A stretch of 64,000 nucleotides of DNA from an uncultured Candidatus Melainabacteria bacterium (GCA_934718135.1 CAKUZW010000001.1:200714-264713); one strand, 5' to 3'; shown: positions 35,606 to 46,353, numbered from the stretch's first letter. Notes: generated by a model not told the origin, from the letters alone. Translations and numbers: made by a program.

Positions 35606-36625
35606 ATGACAATTCAAGGACTCACAAATAAAATATTTCAAAACAAAACAGTTCTAAAGAATTTGGCAAGGATTTCTGACCATGGAACCTCTTTTTCTGC
35701 CGGAACTTCTCTTGTTTTGTCATCTACAATCAGACCATTATCAATTTTTTCAACTCCGGATACTGAAAAAGAAAACAAACAATATGCAGCCGCAAATTCA
35801 ATCTGTTCAGGGCTTATTAAATTCGGGATAGTAGAATCTATCGCTCTTCCTATTGAAAATGCTGTGAAAAATATTGATAAAAATCCTGAAAAATTTCTAA
35901 ATCCTCAAACAATAAAAAATCTCAAAACTACAGGAGAAGAACTTGCAAAGTCTCAAAGTTACAATCTTCTTACTCAATTATTCAAATTAGGTGTCGGATT
36001 TTTTACTGCAATCCCGAAATCAATGCTAACACTTGCACTCATTCCTATTTTAATGGATAAATTATTTTTTAAGAAAAAATCCGTGCAAAATCCGCCTGAA
36101 CAAGTTCAAAATATGGACAAATTTTTGCAAAAAAATAACAAAAATTTAAATTTCACAGGACTGATACAAGATACTATCTCAACGGGTTTGGGACATATTA
36201 TAAATCTAAAATTTTTGCAAAATTTTGCAAAAAAATATCAAGATAAAGACAAGGATATTGCAAAACATATCACCGCAGTAACTGATATTTTATTAACAAC
36301 ATCTTTTGCAATTCAAACAAACAAAAGTAAAAAAATTAAAGAAAATCGTAAAAAAGCTTTGATTTATAACAACGTAATTTCAACCGCAATTACGCTATCC
36401 ATGGGCTATGGAATAGATAATTATTTAAAGAAAAAATCCGAAAAGTTTATTGAACGATTTAAACAATTAAATGCAAACGATCCAAAACTCTCCAAATATG
36501 TTGAAGGTATACATATTTTACGTCCGGCTCTAATTTTTGCCGGAATTTACTATGGAATTTTGCCACTATTCTCGACATTTATGGCTGAAAAAATTGATAA
36601 ATTTGTAGAAAAACATTCCAAATAA
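35606..36625 (+). CDS. hypothetical membrane protein
   Basis: Several hydrophobic segments. No domain recognised. Confidence 0.55.
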   Translation: MTIQGLTNKIFQNKTVLKNLARISDHGTSFSAGTSLVLSSTIRPLSIFSTPDTEKENKQYAAANSICSGLIKFGIVESIALPIENAVKNIDKNPEKFLNPQTIKNLKTTGEELAKSQSYNLLTQLFKLGVGFFTAIPKSMLTLALIPILMDKLFFKKKSVQNPPEQVQNMDKFLQKNNKNLNFTGLIQDTISTGLGHIINLKFLQNFAKKYQDKDKDIAKHITAVTDILLTTSFAIQTNKSKKIKENRKKALIYNNVISTAITLSMGYGIDNYLKKKSEKFIERFKQLNANDPKLSKYVEGIHILRPALIFAGIYYGILPLFSTFMAEKIDKFVEKHSK

Positions 36626-38092
36626 TTAAAGAATAACTTCCTTAATCATAGCTGGATTTTCAGTAGATATTGGAAGTTCTATTTTAAAAGTGTTGGTTGT
36701 ACCGTTTGCATCTAATGAAATTTTGCCGTTATGTGCTTCTACAATCTTTTTGCAGAAATATAAACCTAATCCAACACCGTTATTTTCGGTCAATTGATGT
36801 CCACAAACGTATTTGTCAAAAATTTGAGCTTTTAATTCGTCATCAATCTCATCACTTTGATTTTTGAATGTTAAAGAAAAAGTATGTTTATTTTTTATTA
36901 GTGAAATTTCTAAAACAGAATTTTCAAATGCGTAATTTATACCATTGTTTAGCATATTTCCAACTACTCGGCGAAGTTGAATTTCATCAGCATTAATTAC
37001 ATTTTCCTGTTCTGAAGCTTCAAAATTCAACACAATTTTCACATTTTTGGCTTCGCCTAAATCACGGATTGATTTTGCCATTTTCCTGATTAAGTTTTCA
37101 AAATTAAAATCAGTCGGAGCAAGTCTTATAATGCCATTACTTTCTTTGCTGACTTTTAATAGTGAAGACAACATTGTACGCATATATTTTGAAGACTCAA
37201 TAATCAATCCAAAAATTTCATCCTGTTGAGCATTCATTTTTCCTTGAAAATCTTTATACAACATTTCCAAAGAACTTATTTGAGCTTGTAGTGGATTTTT
37301 CAAGTCATGAGTTAATGTTGCAAGAAATAAATTTCTTTGCATATCAACATGTTTTTCAAAGTCGATATTTTTAGCGATAGTAACAAGTCCTTTGATATCA
37401 TTTTCACTTGTCAAAATCGGAACTTTATGAATTCTGTACCAATGAAGGGTTCCATTTGCATCAATAGCGGATTTTTCTTTTCTGAGGCTTTTCTTATTTT
37501 GTAGAACATAATTGTCTTCATTTGTAATTTCTTCTGCAGCTTCAACCATATCAATTTTTATATCATCCGCAAAACAATCAATCCCGTCATATACAAACTT
37601 TTTAACTCTTTCCGCCGCAATGATTAGATTTCTATATTCATCTTTCATATAGACCAACACGGGCAAGTTATCTAGCAAAGTATTTAATTGATAATTCTTT
37701 TCTAATAGTCTGGTGCGAAGATTGTCTTCTTTTGTAACATCAAAAGATACAGTTAAAACGCCTTCAACAATTCCATTTTTAATAATTGGAGTAATGGTTT
37801 GTTTAATTACTTTTCTAATTCCAAAAGATACAAATTTGAAAATAAATGTTTGAGATTCAAAACTTGTAATAGCTTTCAGAGATTTATCTACAATAATATC
37901 AACGCAATCCGGCGGAAGTAATTTTTCAATCGAATTTCCGATGATTAATCCCTTTTTGTCTTCCCCGACCAATCCTAAAAAAGCTTTATTATACGCAACA
38001 TAATTAAGGTTTAAATCCTTGACGGTCACAATATCTTCACAATACTCTAAAACCGCGTCTAATAAATGCTCTTTGCTTTTTACATTAATCAT
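36626..38092 (-). CDS. PAS-domain sensor histidine kinase
   Basis: H-box FLATLTHDLKNPLQ, N/G boxes (NMLNNGINYA, GVGLGLYFCKKIVEAHNG), two PAS-like N-terminal modules. No TM segment. Confidence 0.88.
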   Translation of the reverse strand: MINVKSKEHLLDAVLEYCEDIVTVKDLNLNYVAYNKAFLGLVGEDKKGLIIGNSIEKLLPPDCVDIIVDKSLKAITSFESQTFIFKFVSFGIRKVIKQTITPIIKNGIVEGVLTVSFDVTKEDNLRTRLLEKNYQLNTLLDNLPVLVYMKDEYRNLIIAAERVKKFVYDGIDCFADDIKIDMVEAAEEITNEDNYVLQNKKSLRKEKSAIDANGTLHWYRIHKVPILTSENDIKGLVTIAKNIDFEKHVDMQRNLFLATLTHDLKNPLQAQISSLEMLYKDFQGKMNAQQDEIFGLIIESSKYMRTMLSSLLKVSKESNGIIRLAPTDFNFENLIRKMAKSIRDLGEAKNVKIVLNFEASEQENVINADEIQLRRVVGNMLNNGINYAFENSVLEISLIKNKHTFSLTFKNQSDEIDDELKAQIFDKYVCGHQLTENNGVGLGLYFCKKIVEAHNGKISLDANGTTNTFKIELPISTENPAMIKEVIL

Positions 38093-38238
38093 AAAAATAA
38101 AAAATACTTACTTCTAACGCGTAAATACTACACCTATAAAAGTAACAGGGCAATTAGCCATGTGGCTAACATTTCTTATTTTTTTTGAAATCTATTCTCA
38201 GGTTGAAAGAATTGATTGTTAATAGTAGAATTAGACCG

Positions 38239-38874
38239 ATGAAAGAATTATTCGAATTTGACAAATCATTAAACAAATGTGTAATAGGGACAGATGAAGC
38301 AGGAAGAGGCCCTGCAGCAGGTGGTGTTTTTGCCGCTTGTGTGTATTTTCCTGAAGTTAAAGAGTCCCTAATTTCAGATTTAGAACGATTAAATGATTCA
38401 AAAAAGTTGTCTAAAGTTGCACGAGAAAAATTGTACGATGTCATTATTCGCAATTCAGTGAATTCAGTAGTTTGTGTTGAAGTTGAAGAAATTGAAAAAA
38501 TAAATATATTAAATGCGTCACTAAAAGCAATGAAACTTGCTTGCGAAAATGTTATCGCAGAAGCAAAGCTGAAAGATTTTATAACTCTCGTTGATGGAAA
38601 TAAATTGATAAAAAATTATACATATCCTCAAAAATTTATAATTAAAGGTGATGGAACATCTGCTTCAATTGCAGCAGCAAGTATTTTAGCCAAAGTTACA
38701 AGAGATAACTATATGGATGAACTTTCTTCAAAATTTCCGCAATACGGTTGGAATAGAAATGCAGGTTATTTGACACCGGAACATTTAAAGGCAATTGATA
38801 CATACGGTTTAACAAAGCACCACAGACCGTCATTTTTACAAAAACATTTTGAAAAACAATTAACCTTGTTTTAA
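38239..38874 (+). CDS. rnhB: ribonuclease HII
   Basis: VIGTDEAGRGPAAGGVFAA, DSKKLS, ASILAKV. Start set to the ATG at 38239. Confidence 0.92.
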   Translation: MKELFEFDKSLNKCVIGTDEAGRGPAAGGVFAACVYFPEVKESLISDLERLNDSKKLSKVAREKLYDVIIRNSVNSVVCVEVEEIEKINILNASLKAMKLACENVIAEAKLKDFITLVDGNKLIKNYTYPQKFIIKGDGTSASIAAASILAKVTRDNYMDELSSKFPQYGWNRNAGYLTPEHLKAIDTYGLTKHHRPSFLQKHFEKQLTLF

Positions 38875-38884
38875 TTAATTTTCT

Positions 38885-39676
38885 TTATTTATAGATAAAA
38901 TTACCAATTTGAACTTTTGTCACATACATTGTTTCGCAAGCGGATCCTTCCGTATCTGTTCGGGATAGGCTTGTGTGGGTGTATTGTGGGATTGCTCCTT
39001 GGTGTGATGTGAATTTCATATCCACAAGTTCTCCTTCAATTTTTACCTTGTCGTAAAGTTTTAATTTCAACATTGCAGCCATAACATTGTTGTTTGCAGG
39101 GATTATATGTGTGTGAGAAATATGAGATGTTATATATTGTTCTGTTAATGGCGTATCATATTTCCATTGCCAATATAAGATTCTAGAACCTGTCAATTCT
39201 ACTTTTTGACTATATATTTTAAAATACTTTTTGAAAAATTGAGGTTCACTCATGTCTTTTCCCCAAGTTGCTCCTAAATCGTATAATGCCGATTTATCAA
39301 AATATCCTTTGGTCAATAGAAAATCATGATTAAATGCAACAACTCGACCGGATAAAGTATAATGTGCTTGTGGAATAAGTTCTACCTTAGTTTTGCTAAT
39401 TAGTGATTTGTATGTAAAAGTTTTAGCTTTTTGCAAATCTTTAGAATAGTTTTTTTGAACGGGATCATTTATTAGTGAAATTTCGCTATTTGTAAATCCG
39501 CTCGGAATGGCAATCCCAAATTTTAACCAATAAGCAATCCAACCACGAAACATAAACATCAAAACAATTACACTAACAATAGTGATTTTTTCAAGTCTAT
39601 ATTGATAATTTAAGGTGTCTCTATAAAGTTTAGCATCAATTTGTGCTGTTGTAGAGCTGTTAAAAACACTATCCAT
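38885..39676 (-). CDS. hypothetical membrane-anchored protein
   Basis: One N-terminal TM segment. No domain recognised. Confidence 0.55.
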   Translation of the reverse strand: MDSVFNSSTTAQIDAKLYRDTLNYQYRLEKITIVSVIVLMFMFRGWIAYWLKFGIAIPSGFTNSEISLINDPVQKNYSKDLQKAKTFTYKSLISKTKVELIPQAHYTLSGRVVAFNHDFLLTKGYFDKSALYDLGATWGKDMSEPQFFKKYFKIYSQKVELTGSRILYWQWKYDTPLTEQYITSHISHTHIIPANNNVMAAMLKLKLYDKVKIEGELVDMKFTSHQGAIPQYTHTSLSRTDTEGSACETMYVTKVQIGNFIYK

Positions 39677-39820
39677 TCTGCTATTTTACATTGTATTTAA
39701 TTCAAAGTAAAGAATGTTATTGTGTTAATAATTGTTAACATTTTCGCCGAAAATTTAAAGATTATTCCTAATGATGTCGATAACACTTATGTAATCAGAA
39801 AGTCCAAGGAGTAAACAATA

Positions 39821-39976
39821 ATGCTAAAGAAGATAACAACACCATCAAATAACAGATGCGAATGTGTTGAATTAATATTAAGAGGAGCAAAGAAACGCAG
39901 AACATTAGCGTATTCAAATGCTGCAATGATAAATTCAGATGCAGGTATGAAGGCAAATTTGGTTGCTGTTAAGTAG
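39821..39976 (+). CDS. possible 51-aa protein
   Basis: Found by hand. AAGGAG sits 8 nt before the ATG: MLKKITTPSNNRCECVELILRGAKKRRTLAYSNAAM.... Followed by the terminator at 40029-40062. Competes with the track ORF at 39787-39981 (-). Confidence 0.35.
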   Translation: MLKKITTPSNNRCECVELILRGAKKRRTLAYSNAAMINSDAGMKANLVAVK

Positions 39977-40028
39977 CACAAAATTTGTTAAAACTTAAAA
40001 TAATAAGAAAAGAGAGTTTTTTAATAAA

Positions 40029-40062
40029 GCCGGTAAGCTGTGTGCTTCCGGCATTTTTATTT
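40029..40062 (+). terminator. rho-independent terminator
   Basis: gccggtaagc-tgtgt-gcttccggc followed by atttttattt. Confidence 0.5.
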
Positions 40063-40079
40063 ATGCTAGAATATTTGTT

Positions 40080-40730
40080 ATGAAATCTTTTTTATTAGAC
40101 CTGCTTGATTGGATTTACAAGAAAAAATGTTACTTTTGTAAACGTTCAAAAGAATCTGTAAAAATGTGTTCTGATTGTTTTGATGAACTGGAATTTTTGC
40201 CTGTTCAAGTAAATAGAAAATTTAAAGGGGTAAATATTTATTGTGCCGGTGTTTATTCTAAAAATCTTCAAAAACTTATCCGAGGTTTAAAATACCATGG
40301 CCAAAGAGAATTAGCCTATTATCTTGCAAAATTCATGTATGAATATTGGAAAAGGTTAGATTTAGGGGATGATTTTCAAATTGTACCCGTTCCAATTTTC
40401 CCAAAGCGTGAAAAGAAACGAAAATACAACCACATGGATCTTGTTGCGGGTGAACTTGCAAAACTTGGGGATTTTGTAGTAAATACCGATACAATCAAAC
40501 GAACTAAAGATACAAAACCGCAATATAAATTAAACAAATCCCAAAGAATTGAAAATTTGTCGAATGCTTTTTCTGTCGACAAATCAAAACTGATTGAAGG
40601 TAAAAAATTACTAATAATTGATGACATCTGCACAACCGGATCAACTTTTGAAGAAATGATAAAAGAGTTTAATAATGCAGGAATTTATGATATAGTTTGT
40701 TTTGCAGCAACGACTCCTTGGGGAGGTTAA
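40080..40730 (+). CDS. ComF-family protein (phosphoribosyltransferase domain with N-terminal zinc ribbon)
   Basis: CYFCKR...CSDC zinc ribbon and the PRTase loop LLIIDDICTTGSTF. Confidence 0.85.
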   Translation: MKSFLLDLLDWIYKKKCYFCKRSKESVKMCSDCFDELEFLPVQVNRKFKGVNIYCAGVYSKNLQKLIRGLKYHGQRELAYYLAKFMYEYWKRLDLGDDFQIVPVPIFPKREKKRKYNHMDLVAGELAKLGDFVVNTDTIKRTKDTKPQYKLNKSQRIENLSNAFSVDKSKLIEGKKLLIIDDICTTGSTFEEMIKEFNNAGIYDIVCFAATTPWGG

Positions 40731-41051
40731 ATGATTATTTCAGAATTTGCAAAATATTTACAAGAACATAACGATGATTTACTTACCCACAAAACCACTC
40801 CACTAAAACTTTTATACAAGTGGTTAAAAACCGTTATTAATAAAAATCCTAAAACGAATATTGACAAAATTGCCCACAAAGAAATTTTGTATTGCGAAAA
40901 TAAAAATGGAGACTACTTAATAGTTGGGAAATCCGATAGTGGAAGGGTTTTAGTTTCAGCATTAATTAAATTTGCCAAAAGTTATGAAAACTATAATCAT
41001 GCCAAATGGATTGAAATGACTGAAAAATCTCTTCGCAAAAAAGACGAGTAG
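40731..41051 (+). CDS. hypothetical protein
   Basis: Starts directly after the ComF stop. No domain recognised. Confidence 0.5.
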   Translation: MIISEFAKYLQEHNDDLLTHKTTPLKLLYKWLKTVINKNPKTNIDKIAHKEILYCENKNGDYLIVGKSDSGRVLVSALIKFAKSYENYNHAKWIEMTEKSLRKKDE

Positions 41052-41109
41052 TATTTGTAATCAAATTGAAAATATGATATATTTTACAAAGAATTGAGGG
41101 TTTATAAAA

Positions 41110-41775
41110 ATGGCAGAAAATCTAAAATATAAAATCAATGGTTACGGCAATGAAATAATTTTCAAAAAAGACGATCAAACCTTTACTGATATTGCGGTGA
41201 ACGGGCTTGGAATTACAATAAATGGGAATAACAACAAAGTAACTATTGAATTGCCTGCTAATTTTATAAATACCGCAATCGTTATAGACGGTGATAATAA
41301 CAAATTTTCTCTAAAAACGACCAAGCATAGAACAATCAGGCACACAACATTTGGACTCGAAGGCGGTTCAGAAATGACTGTCGGAAGTGGGCTTTCAGTT
41401 TATCGAGATGTTCATATTGTAGCCAAAAACGGTAAGAATATTTCAATTGGGGATGAGTGTATGTTTGCTCGAGAAATCATGATTAGAAATAATGACGGGC
41501 ATGTAATTCTTGACAAAACTACAGGAGAGGTTTTGAACCCTCCGGAGGATATTGTTATTGGGGATAATGTTTGGGTTGGGGCAAGAGTAATGATTTTGAA
41601 AGGTACTGTTGTCCCAAACGGTTCTGTAGTCGGAGCTATGGCAATGGTCAATAAAAAATTTGAAGAAGAAAATATTCTAATTGCCGGAGTTCCTGCCAAA
41701 AAAGTTCGTTCAAATATAGAATGGCGAAGAGAAGATTTTGCTAAATATATGAAGAATAACCCGTCATCTTTTTAA
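41110..41775 (+). CDS. hexapeptide-repeat (left-handed beta-helix) acyltransferase
   Basis: IGDNVWVGARVMILKGTVVPNGSVVGAMAMV hexapeptide repeats. Confidence 0.8.
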   Translation: MAENLKYKINGYGNEIIFKKDDQTFTDIAVNGLGITINGNNNKVTIELPANFINTAIVIDGDNNKFSLKTTKHRTIRHTTFGLEGGSEMTVGSGLSVYRDVHIVAKNGKNISIGDECMFAREIMIRNNDGHVILDKTTGEVLNPPEDIVIGDNVWVGARVMILKGTVVPNGSVVGAMAMVNKKFEEENILIAGVPAKKVRSNIEWRREDFAKYMKNNPSSF

Positions 41776-41922
41776 TAGAAATATTATAGCAAATTTTTTA
41801 ATATTGTATTAATTGTAGTTAACTTTGCCCTGTTAGACTTAATAATTTCAAGATTTTTTAAGATGTTTTGCTACAATTCTTCGTTTGTTTTAAATCCGCC
41901 AAAAGAAAAATGTTGATTTATT

Positions 41923-42024
41923 AACAAATCAAATGGATAGACCCTGAATCACGCACTTCGCTACCGCTCGTGCTGTTCAGGGTGACACCTCAATAGTCGT
42001 CATTCTGAGGGCACGCGAGCAAGA
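41923..42024. repeat. palindromic repeat elements (copy of the 1344-1408 element plus a gtcattctgagg module)
   Basis: 41923-41987 aligns with 1344-1408 with a few mismatches. 41996-42024 carries the gtcattctga motif also present at 1258, 1771 (rc), 12723 and 57090 (rc). Confidence 0.7.
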
Positions 42025-42147
42025 GGATGTAATAAAAACGCTACAACTTATGCTTATGGAATGGGACGACCTGGGGTTGGAACAGCATGTGCGGCTTTAA
42101 TATTCAAGGACGGGTGGAAAATTTCTAACGATTATCCTTGGAATTAA
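42025..42147 (+). pseudogene. 3' remnant of a prepilin-like gene
   Basis: This frame translates to ...GCNKNATTYAYGMGRPGVGTACAALIFKDGWKISNDYPWN*. Compare the C-terminus of 57127-57846, ...YCADYIRRSGWKIDKNYPWKVKK. No N-terminal part is present; the repeat element abuts it. Confidence 0.5.
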
Positions 42148-42203
42148 TTCCATTCAAAAATATTGCTTTTAATAACAATGAACTTGTGCTAAAATCTATT
42201 ATT

Positions 42204-43397
42204 ATGAAAAAGATTTTTATTATATTGGCATTATTATTAACTTCAGGATTAGGTGCATTCGCTCAAGATACCAATTTAACATTTTTATACATCAACGGCT
42301 CAAACAATAACGATACAAAAATGAAGGACTGGTATATAAATGGGGTAAATAAACTTCATCCTGTAATGAAAAAAAAGTTTGAAAAAAACTCTGCGATAAA
42401 AAAATGGACCAAAGATAATAAATTAACTATAGAGGATAAACCACAAATATTTTTCTGGGGTTACAACAGCAAAACCGATTTGGATTTTGTCAAAGACAGA
42501 TTAAATATTTCAAAAGCGTACAGTTCAACTCTTGCTTACGAAGTTCGTAGTTTACTTACTCAATTTATGCATGACGCAATTTGGGTACAAAAAACTCATA
42601 ATATGCTACCTATTTTAGATGAATTGAATGAAGAAGTTAAAATTCAAGCTAAAAACGGTCAAAATGTAATTCTGTTTGGATATTCAGCGGGTTCTTTTGT
42701 TACTTATCAATATTTAGTTTACAAAATCCCTTATATCAATTTGGAGAAACTTTTTGAAGCTCTTCAAGTTGATGAAGAGACATTGAATTTTGTCAAAGCA
42801 AATCCGCAAAAAGATACGTGCCTTTCTGCAATCTCTTATGACAAAGGCAACTTAGGGGTTTTAACAAATGGGGGGCATTTAGTTCTAAATCAAAATCCTG
42901 AAAAATTAAAAGAAAATTATTTAAAAATGGATGAAGCGACAGACAAATACTGTGCACCTAAGGGTTATGTTCGAGGAGTTGTGAATTTTGCAAGTCCTGT
43001 ACCTTTATTTTATTCAGATATTGCCGATCCGAATTATGATTTTAATTATTACAACAAATATTTAATCAAATATGTTTTGGAAAACGGGATTTATTTCTTG
43101 ACCGTAAACTTTAGAGAAGACCCGTTGGGATTTCCGTCCAGCAGAAATCTTACAAATGAACAAATTGCAGAAAAGTTAGGGCTTGATATTATCAACCCGA
43201 CAGGTGTAATTTATGACCATTCAAGTGTTTGGTCAAGACGCTCCGCTCTTTTTGCTCACACTTCTTATTGGACAGCAAGAGGAACTTTTACAAACGGAGT
43301 TGTTAAAAGTTTTGTCAATGGAACAAAATTTCAATATGATACAAAATATCAAAACAAAGTGTTAAAAAAGAAAAGTAAGAAATCAGAGGTATTATAA
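42204..43397 (+). CDS. secreted alpha/beta-hydrolase-like protein (putative lipase/esterase)
   Basis: Signal peptide MKKIFIILALLLTSGLGAFA at the ATG at 42204. GxSxG-type motif FGYSAGSF. Confidence 0.55.
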   Translation: MKKIFIILALLLTSGLGAFAQDTNLTFLYINGSNNNDTKMKDWYINGVNKLHPVMKKKFEKNSAIKKWTKDNKLTIEDKPQIFFWGYNSKTDLDFVKDRLNISKAYSSTLAYEVRSLLTQFMHDAIWVQKTHNMLPILDELNEEVKIQAKNGQNVILFGYSAGSFVTYQYLVYKIPYINLEKLFEALQVDEETLNFVKANPQKDTCLSAISYDKGNLGVLTNGGHLVLNQNPEKLKENYLKMDEATDKYCAPKGYVRGVVNFASPVPLFYSDIADPNYDFNYYNKYLIKYVLENGIYFLTVNFREDPLGFPSSRNLTNEQIAEKLGLDIINPTGVIYDHSSVWSRRSALFAHTSYWTARGTFTNGVVKSFVNGTKFQYDTKYQNKVLKKKSKKSEVL

Positions 43398-43996
43398 TGA
43401 CACAAACAAAAGTAAATTCAGTATTATTTGACCCCGGGTATGCCCAACATACAACAATTTTATCTATAGGTTCAGAATATTTATATGCTCAAATTAATCA
43501 ATTCAAAAATTTGGGTCAGAGAAAAATGAAATTCAAAATGCTTTATCCGCAAATTTTAAAAATGGCTGATAATAATGTTGGATTTTGCTTAGGAAGCTTG
43601 CTTTGGGCGGTTTATATAAAATCTTTAGGGGATAATATCGAAATTGAAGGGAACCCATGTTTAGGCGGAACTTATGACGAAGCAGAAACTGTTGAGGAAG
43701 CCGATTTTTCTATAGAATTCTTTACTCAAATAAAAAAAGATACAAAATATTACCTTGGAAAAGATTACCAAATTAACCCGACATATATCAAAATTCTTGA
43801 ATTATATAAAGAATTTTTGACCTTGAATTTCAGTTTTGTTAACACAAAAACGACCGGAGAGGTAAAACTTCCACAAGGTTTTAAAATTCCAAATGAAGAA
43901 GATTTGAACAAAATTCATTCTAAAATTCAAGAAGTAATTTCAAACGGACAATTATTAGAAATGTTGCCATTACTTGATTTGGTATACGAAGGATAA
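43397..43996 (+). CDS. hypothetical protein
   Basis: ATG overlaps the preceding stop. No domain recognised. Confidence 0.5.
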   Translation: MTQTKVNSVLFDPGYAQHTTILSIGSEYLYAQINQFKNLGQRKMKFKMLYPQILKMADNNVGFCLGSLLWAVYIKSLGDNIEIEGNPCLGGTYDEAETVEEADFSIEFFTQIKKDTKYYLGKDYQINPTYIKILELYKEFLTLNFSFVNTKTTGEVKLPQGFKIPNEEDLNKIHSKIQEVISNGQLLEMLPLLDLVYEG

Positions 43997-43997
43997 G

Positions 43998-44972
43998 ATG
44001 GATAATTTAAAAGAAAAACTTAACCAAATGTTCATTCTCGGAACAGAGGGCGGATACTATAAAGAGTTGCTAAAACAAGGTTTAGGGGGAATTATATTTT
44101 TTACAAAAGATATTCAAACCCCTGAACAATTTAAGGCTCTTATATCTGATATAAAAGCGGAAGCGAAAATTCCACCTTTTTTATCAATTGACCAAGAAGG
44201 CGGAAGGGTAGAACGAACCGAAAATATTCATAATGGGAAGAAATATTTATCTGCCAAATTTGCATTTGAAAAAGGAGAAGATTTTTTAAAACAGCAAACA
44301 GAGGATATTGCAAAAGAACTAAAATCATACGGGATAAATTTAAATTTCTCGCCATGCATTGATACAAACACAAATCCCAATAATCCTATAATCGGTGTTA
44401 GAGCATTTTCTTCTAATCCGGATGAAGTTATTGTAGGAGAAAAAATTGTATCAAAAACCTATGAAAAAAATGACATAATTCCTTGTGTGAAACATTTCCC
44501 CGGGCATGGAGATGCCAATTCGGACAGCCATTTAACTTTACCTAAAATAGACTTACCATTAGAAGAGATGGAGAAAACTCACATCAAACCATTCAAATCT
44601 GCAATAGAAAACGGGATTGATATGGTTATGGTTGCACATCTTTTCTGTACCTGTTTTGAGAAAGAAGAAATACCAACATCTTTAAGCAAAAATGCCATTA
44701 CATATTTAAGAAATGCCCTGCATTTTAATGGAGTTGCGGTTTCAGACGATATGGTTATGAAAGGGGTTGCAAAATTTGGAGATGTTGAAGCTTGTGAAAT
44801 TGGAATAAGAGCAGGTTTAAACCTATTCATCTATAGATATTCAGACGAAAAAACTCTTAATATAATCCAATCAATTTATGAAAAAGCCAAAACAGATATG
44901 GATTTGCAAACAAAAATTGAAGAGTCTTATAACAAAATAATTCAGCTTAAAAATAAATACAATTTTACATAA
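43998..44972 (+). CDS. nagZ: beta-N-acetylhexosaminidase (GH3, NagZ-like)
   Basis: SIDQEGGRV, KHFPGHGD, DDMVMKG. Start set to the ATG at 43998. Confidence 0.88.
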   Translation: MDNLKEKLNQMFILGTEGGYYKELLKQGLGGIIFFTKDIQTPEQFKALISDIKAEAKIPPFLSIDQEGGRVERTENIHNGKKYLSAKFAFEKGEDFLKQQTEDIAKELKSYGINLNFSPCIDTNTNPNNPIIGVRAFSSNPDEVIVGEKIVSKTYEKNDIIPCVKHFPGHGDANSDSHLTLPKIDLPLEEMEKTHIKPFKSAIENGIDMVMVAHLFCTCFEKEEIPTSLSKNAITYLRNALHFNGVAVSDDMVMKGVAKFGDVEACEIGIRAGLNLFIYRYSDEKTLNIIQSIYEKAKTDMDLQTKIEESYNKIIQLKNKYNFT

Positions 44973-45039
44973 AAATTTTTCACAAACTTGCGTAAAATAT
45001 TTCTCTTAGTTATAATTAAATTTAATAAAGGGAGAGTGT

Positions 45040-46281
45040 ATGAATTTAGAGAATATAAAAAAAGTTGATCCGCAAGTTGCACAGCAAATCGAATTGGAAT
45101 TACAAAGACAACAAGAAACAATTGAACTTATTGCGAGTGAAAATTGTACGTCTTTAGCTGTTATGGAAGCATGCGGAAGCGTTTTGACAAATAAATACGC
45201 AGAAGGCAAACCTCATAAAAGGTACTACAACGGATGTGAGCATATTGATGTAATTGAAGAAATTGCACAAAAAAGAGCATGTGAACTTTTCCACATGGAG
45301 CATGCCAATGTTCAACCTCATAGTGGTGCTCAAGCAAATATGGCAGTGTTTATGGCTACAATGAAACCCGGAGATAGGGTTTTGAGCATGGATTTGTCAA
45401 ATGGTGGACACCTTTCTCATGGTTCTCCTGTAAACTTTTCCGGCATGTATTTTGATGTAAAAAGTTATGGAATAAATGAAAACGGTGAAATTGATTACGA
45501 TGATGTTCGCAAGATGGCAATCGAACATAAACCGAAATTAATAATTTGTGGTGCAAGTAATTATTCTAAAATTATCGACTTCAAAAAATTTAGAGAAATT
45601 GCTGATGAAGTTGGAGCATTATTGCTTGCTGATATTGCACACATCGCAGGACTTGTTGTCGCTGGAGTTCATCCATCTCCTGCTCCGTATTGTGATTTTG
45701 TTACAACAACAACTCACAAATCCCTAAGAGGTCCACGTGGCGGAATTATTATGTGCAAAGAAAAATTTGCAAAAGATATTGATAAAGCCGTATTCCCTGG
45801 AATGCAAGGCGGACCGCTTGAACATATTATTGCAGGAAAAGCTGTTGCACTTTTGGAAGCTTCTAAGCTTGAATTTATTGACTATGCAAAACAGATTGTA
45901 AAAAATGCTAAAGCCTTGGCACAAGGATTGATGGATAACGGACTTGATATTGTTGGCGGAATGACAGAAAATCACCTTATGACTCTTGATTTGAGAAAAA
46001 CAGGTAAGACAGGTAAAGATATGGCAAATGTATTAGAAAGAGTAGGAATTACCGCAAATAAAAATACCGTACCAAATGATCCGCAAAGCCCGTTTGTTAC
46101 AAGCGGAATAAGACTAGGTACACCTGCTGTAACAACAAGAGGATTTAAAGAGGACGATATGAAAGAAGTTGCAAAAATTATTGCATCTGCGATATTTTCG
46201 TCAGATAATGAAGAAGAATTGAACAAATTGAGAGAAAAATCTCTTCAACTTTGTAAAAAATATCCACTATACAGTAAGTAA
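45040..46281 (+). CDS. glyA: serine hydroxymethyltransferase
   Basis: [38 protein letters not shown] (PLP Lys). Confidence 0.97.
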   Translation: MNLENIKKVDPQVAQQIELELQRQQETIELIASENCTSLAVMEACGSVLTNKYAEGKPHKRYYNGCEHIDVIEEIAQKRACELFHMEHANVQPHSGAQANMAVFMATMKPGDRVLSMDLSNGGHLSHGSPVNFSGMYFDVKSYGINENGEIDYDDVRKMAIEHKPKLIICGASNYSKIIDFKKFREIADEVGALLLADIAHIAGLVVAGVHPSPAPYCDFVTTTTHKSLRGPRGGIIMCKEKFAKDIDKAVFPGMQGGPLEHIIAGKAVALLEASKLEFIDYAKQIVKNAKALAQGLMDNGLDIVGGMTENHLMTLDLRKTGKTGKDMANVLERVGITANKNTVPNDPQSPFVTSGIRLGTPAVTTRGFKEDDMKEVAKIIASAIFSSDNEEELNKLREKSLQLCKKYPLYSK

Positions 46282-46353
46282 AAATTAAGGAGAAAAATTA
46301 TAATTATCAAGTTAACACACGCACATATAATCGGAACAATAATAGCCTATATT

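Noticed and set aside
39787-39981. 64-aa minus-strand track ORF
   Set aside because: It has no RBS and a hydrophobic, low-information sequence. The + strand ORF at 39821-39976 has AAGGAG plus a downstream terminator.
42138-42203. TTG-initiated N-terminal extension of the hydrolase ORF
   Set aside because: The extension overlaps the pilin-gene remnant. A canonical signal peptide begins at the ATG at 42204.
46282-46353. Longer N-terminus for the GT4 (MraY/WecA-type) gene
   Set aside because: The frame is open and hydrophobic upstream, and an AAGGAG lies at ~46290. However, no ATG, GTG or TTG follows it at a suitable distance (only ATT/ATA). This cannot be resolved without homolog alignment, so the track start is kept.
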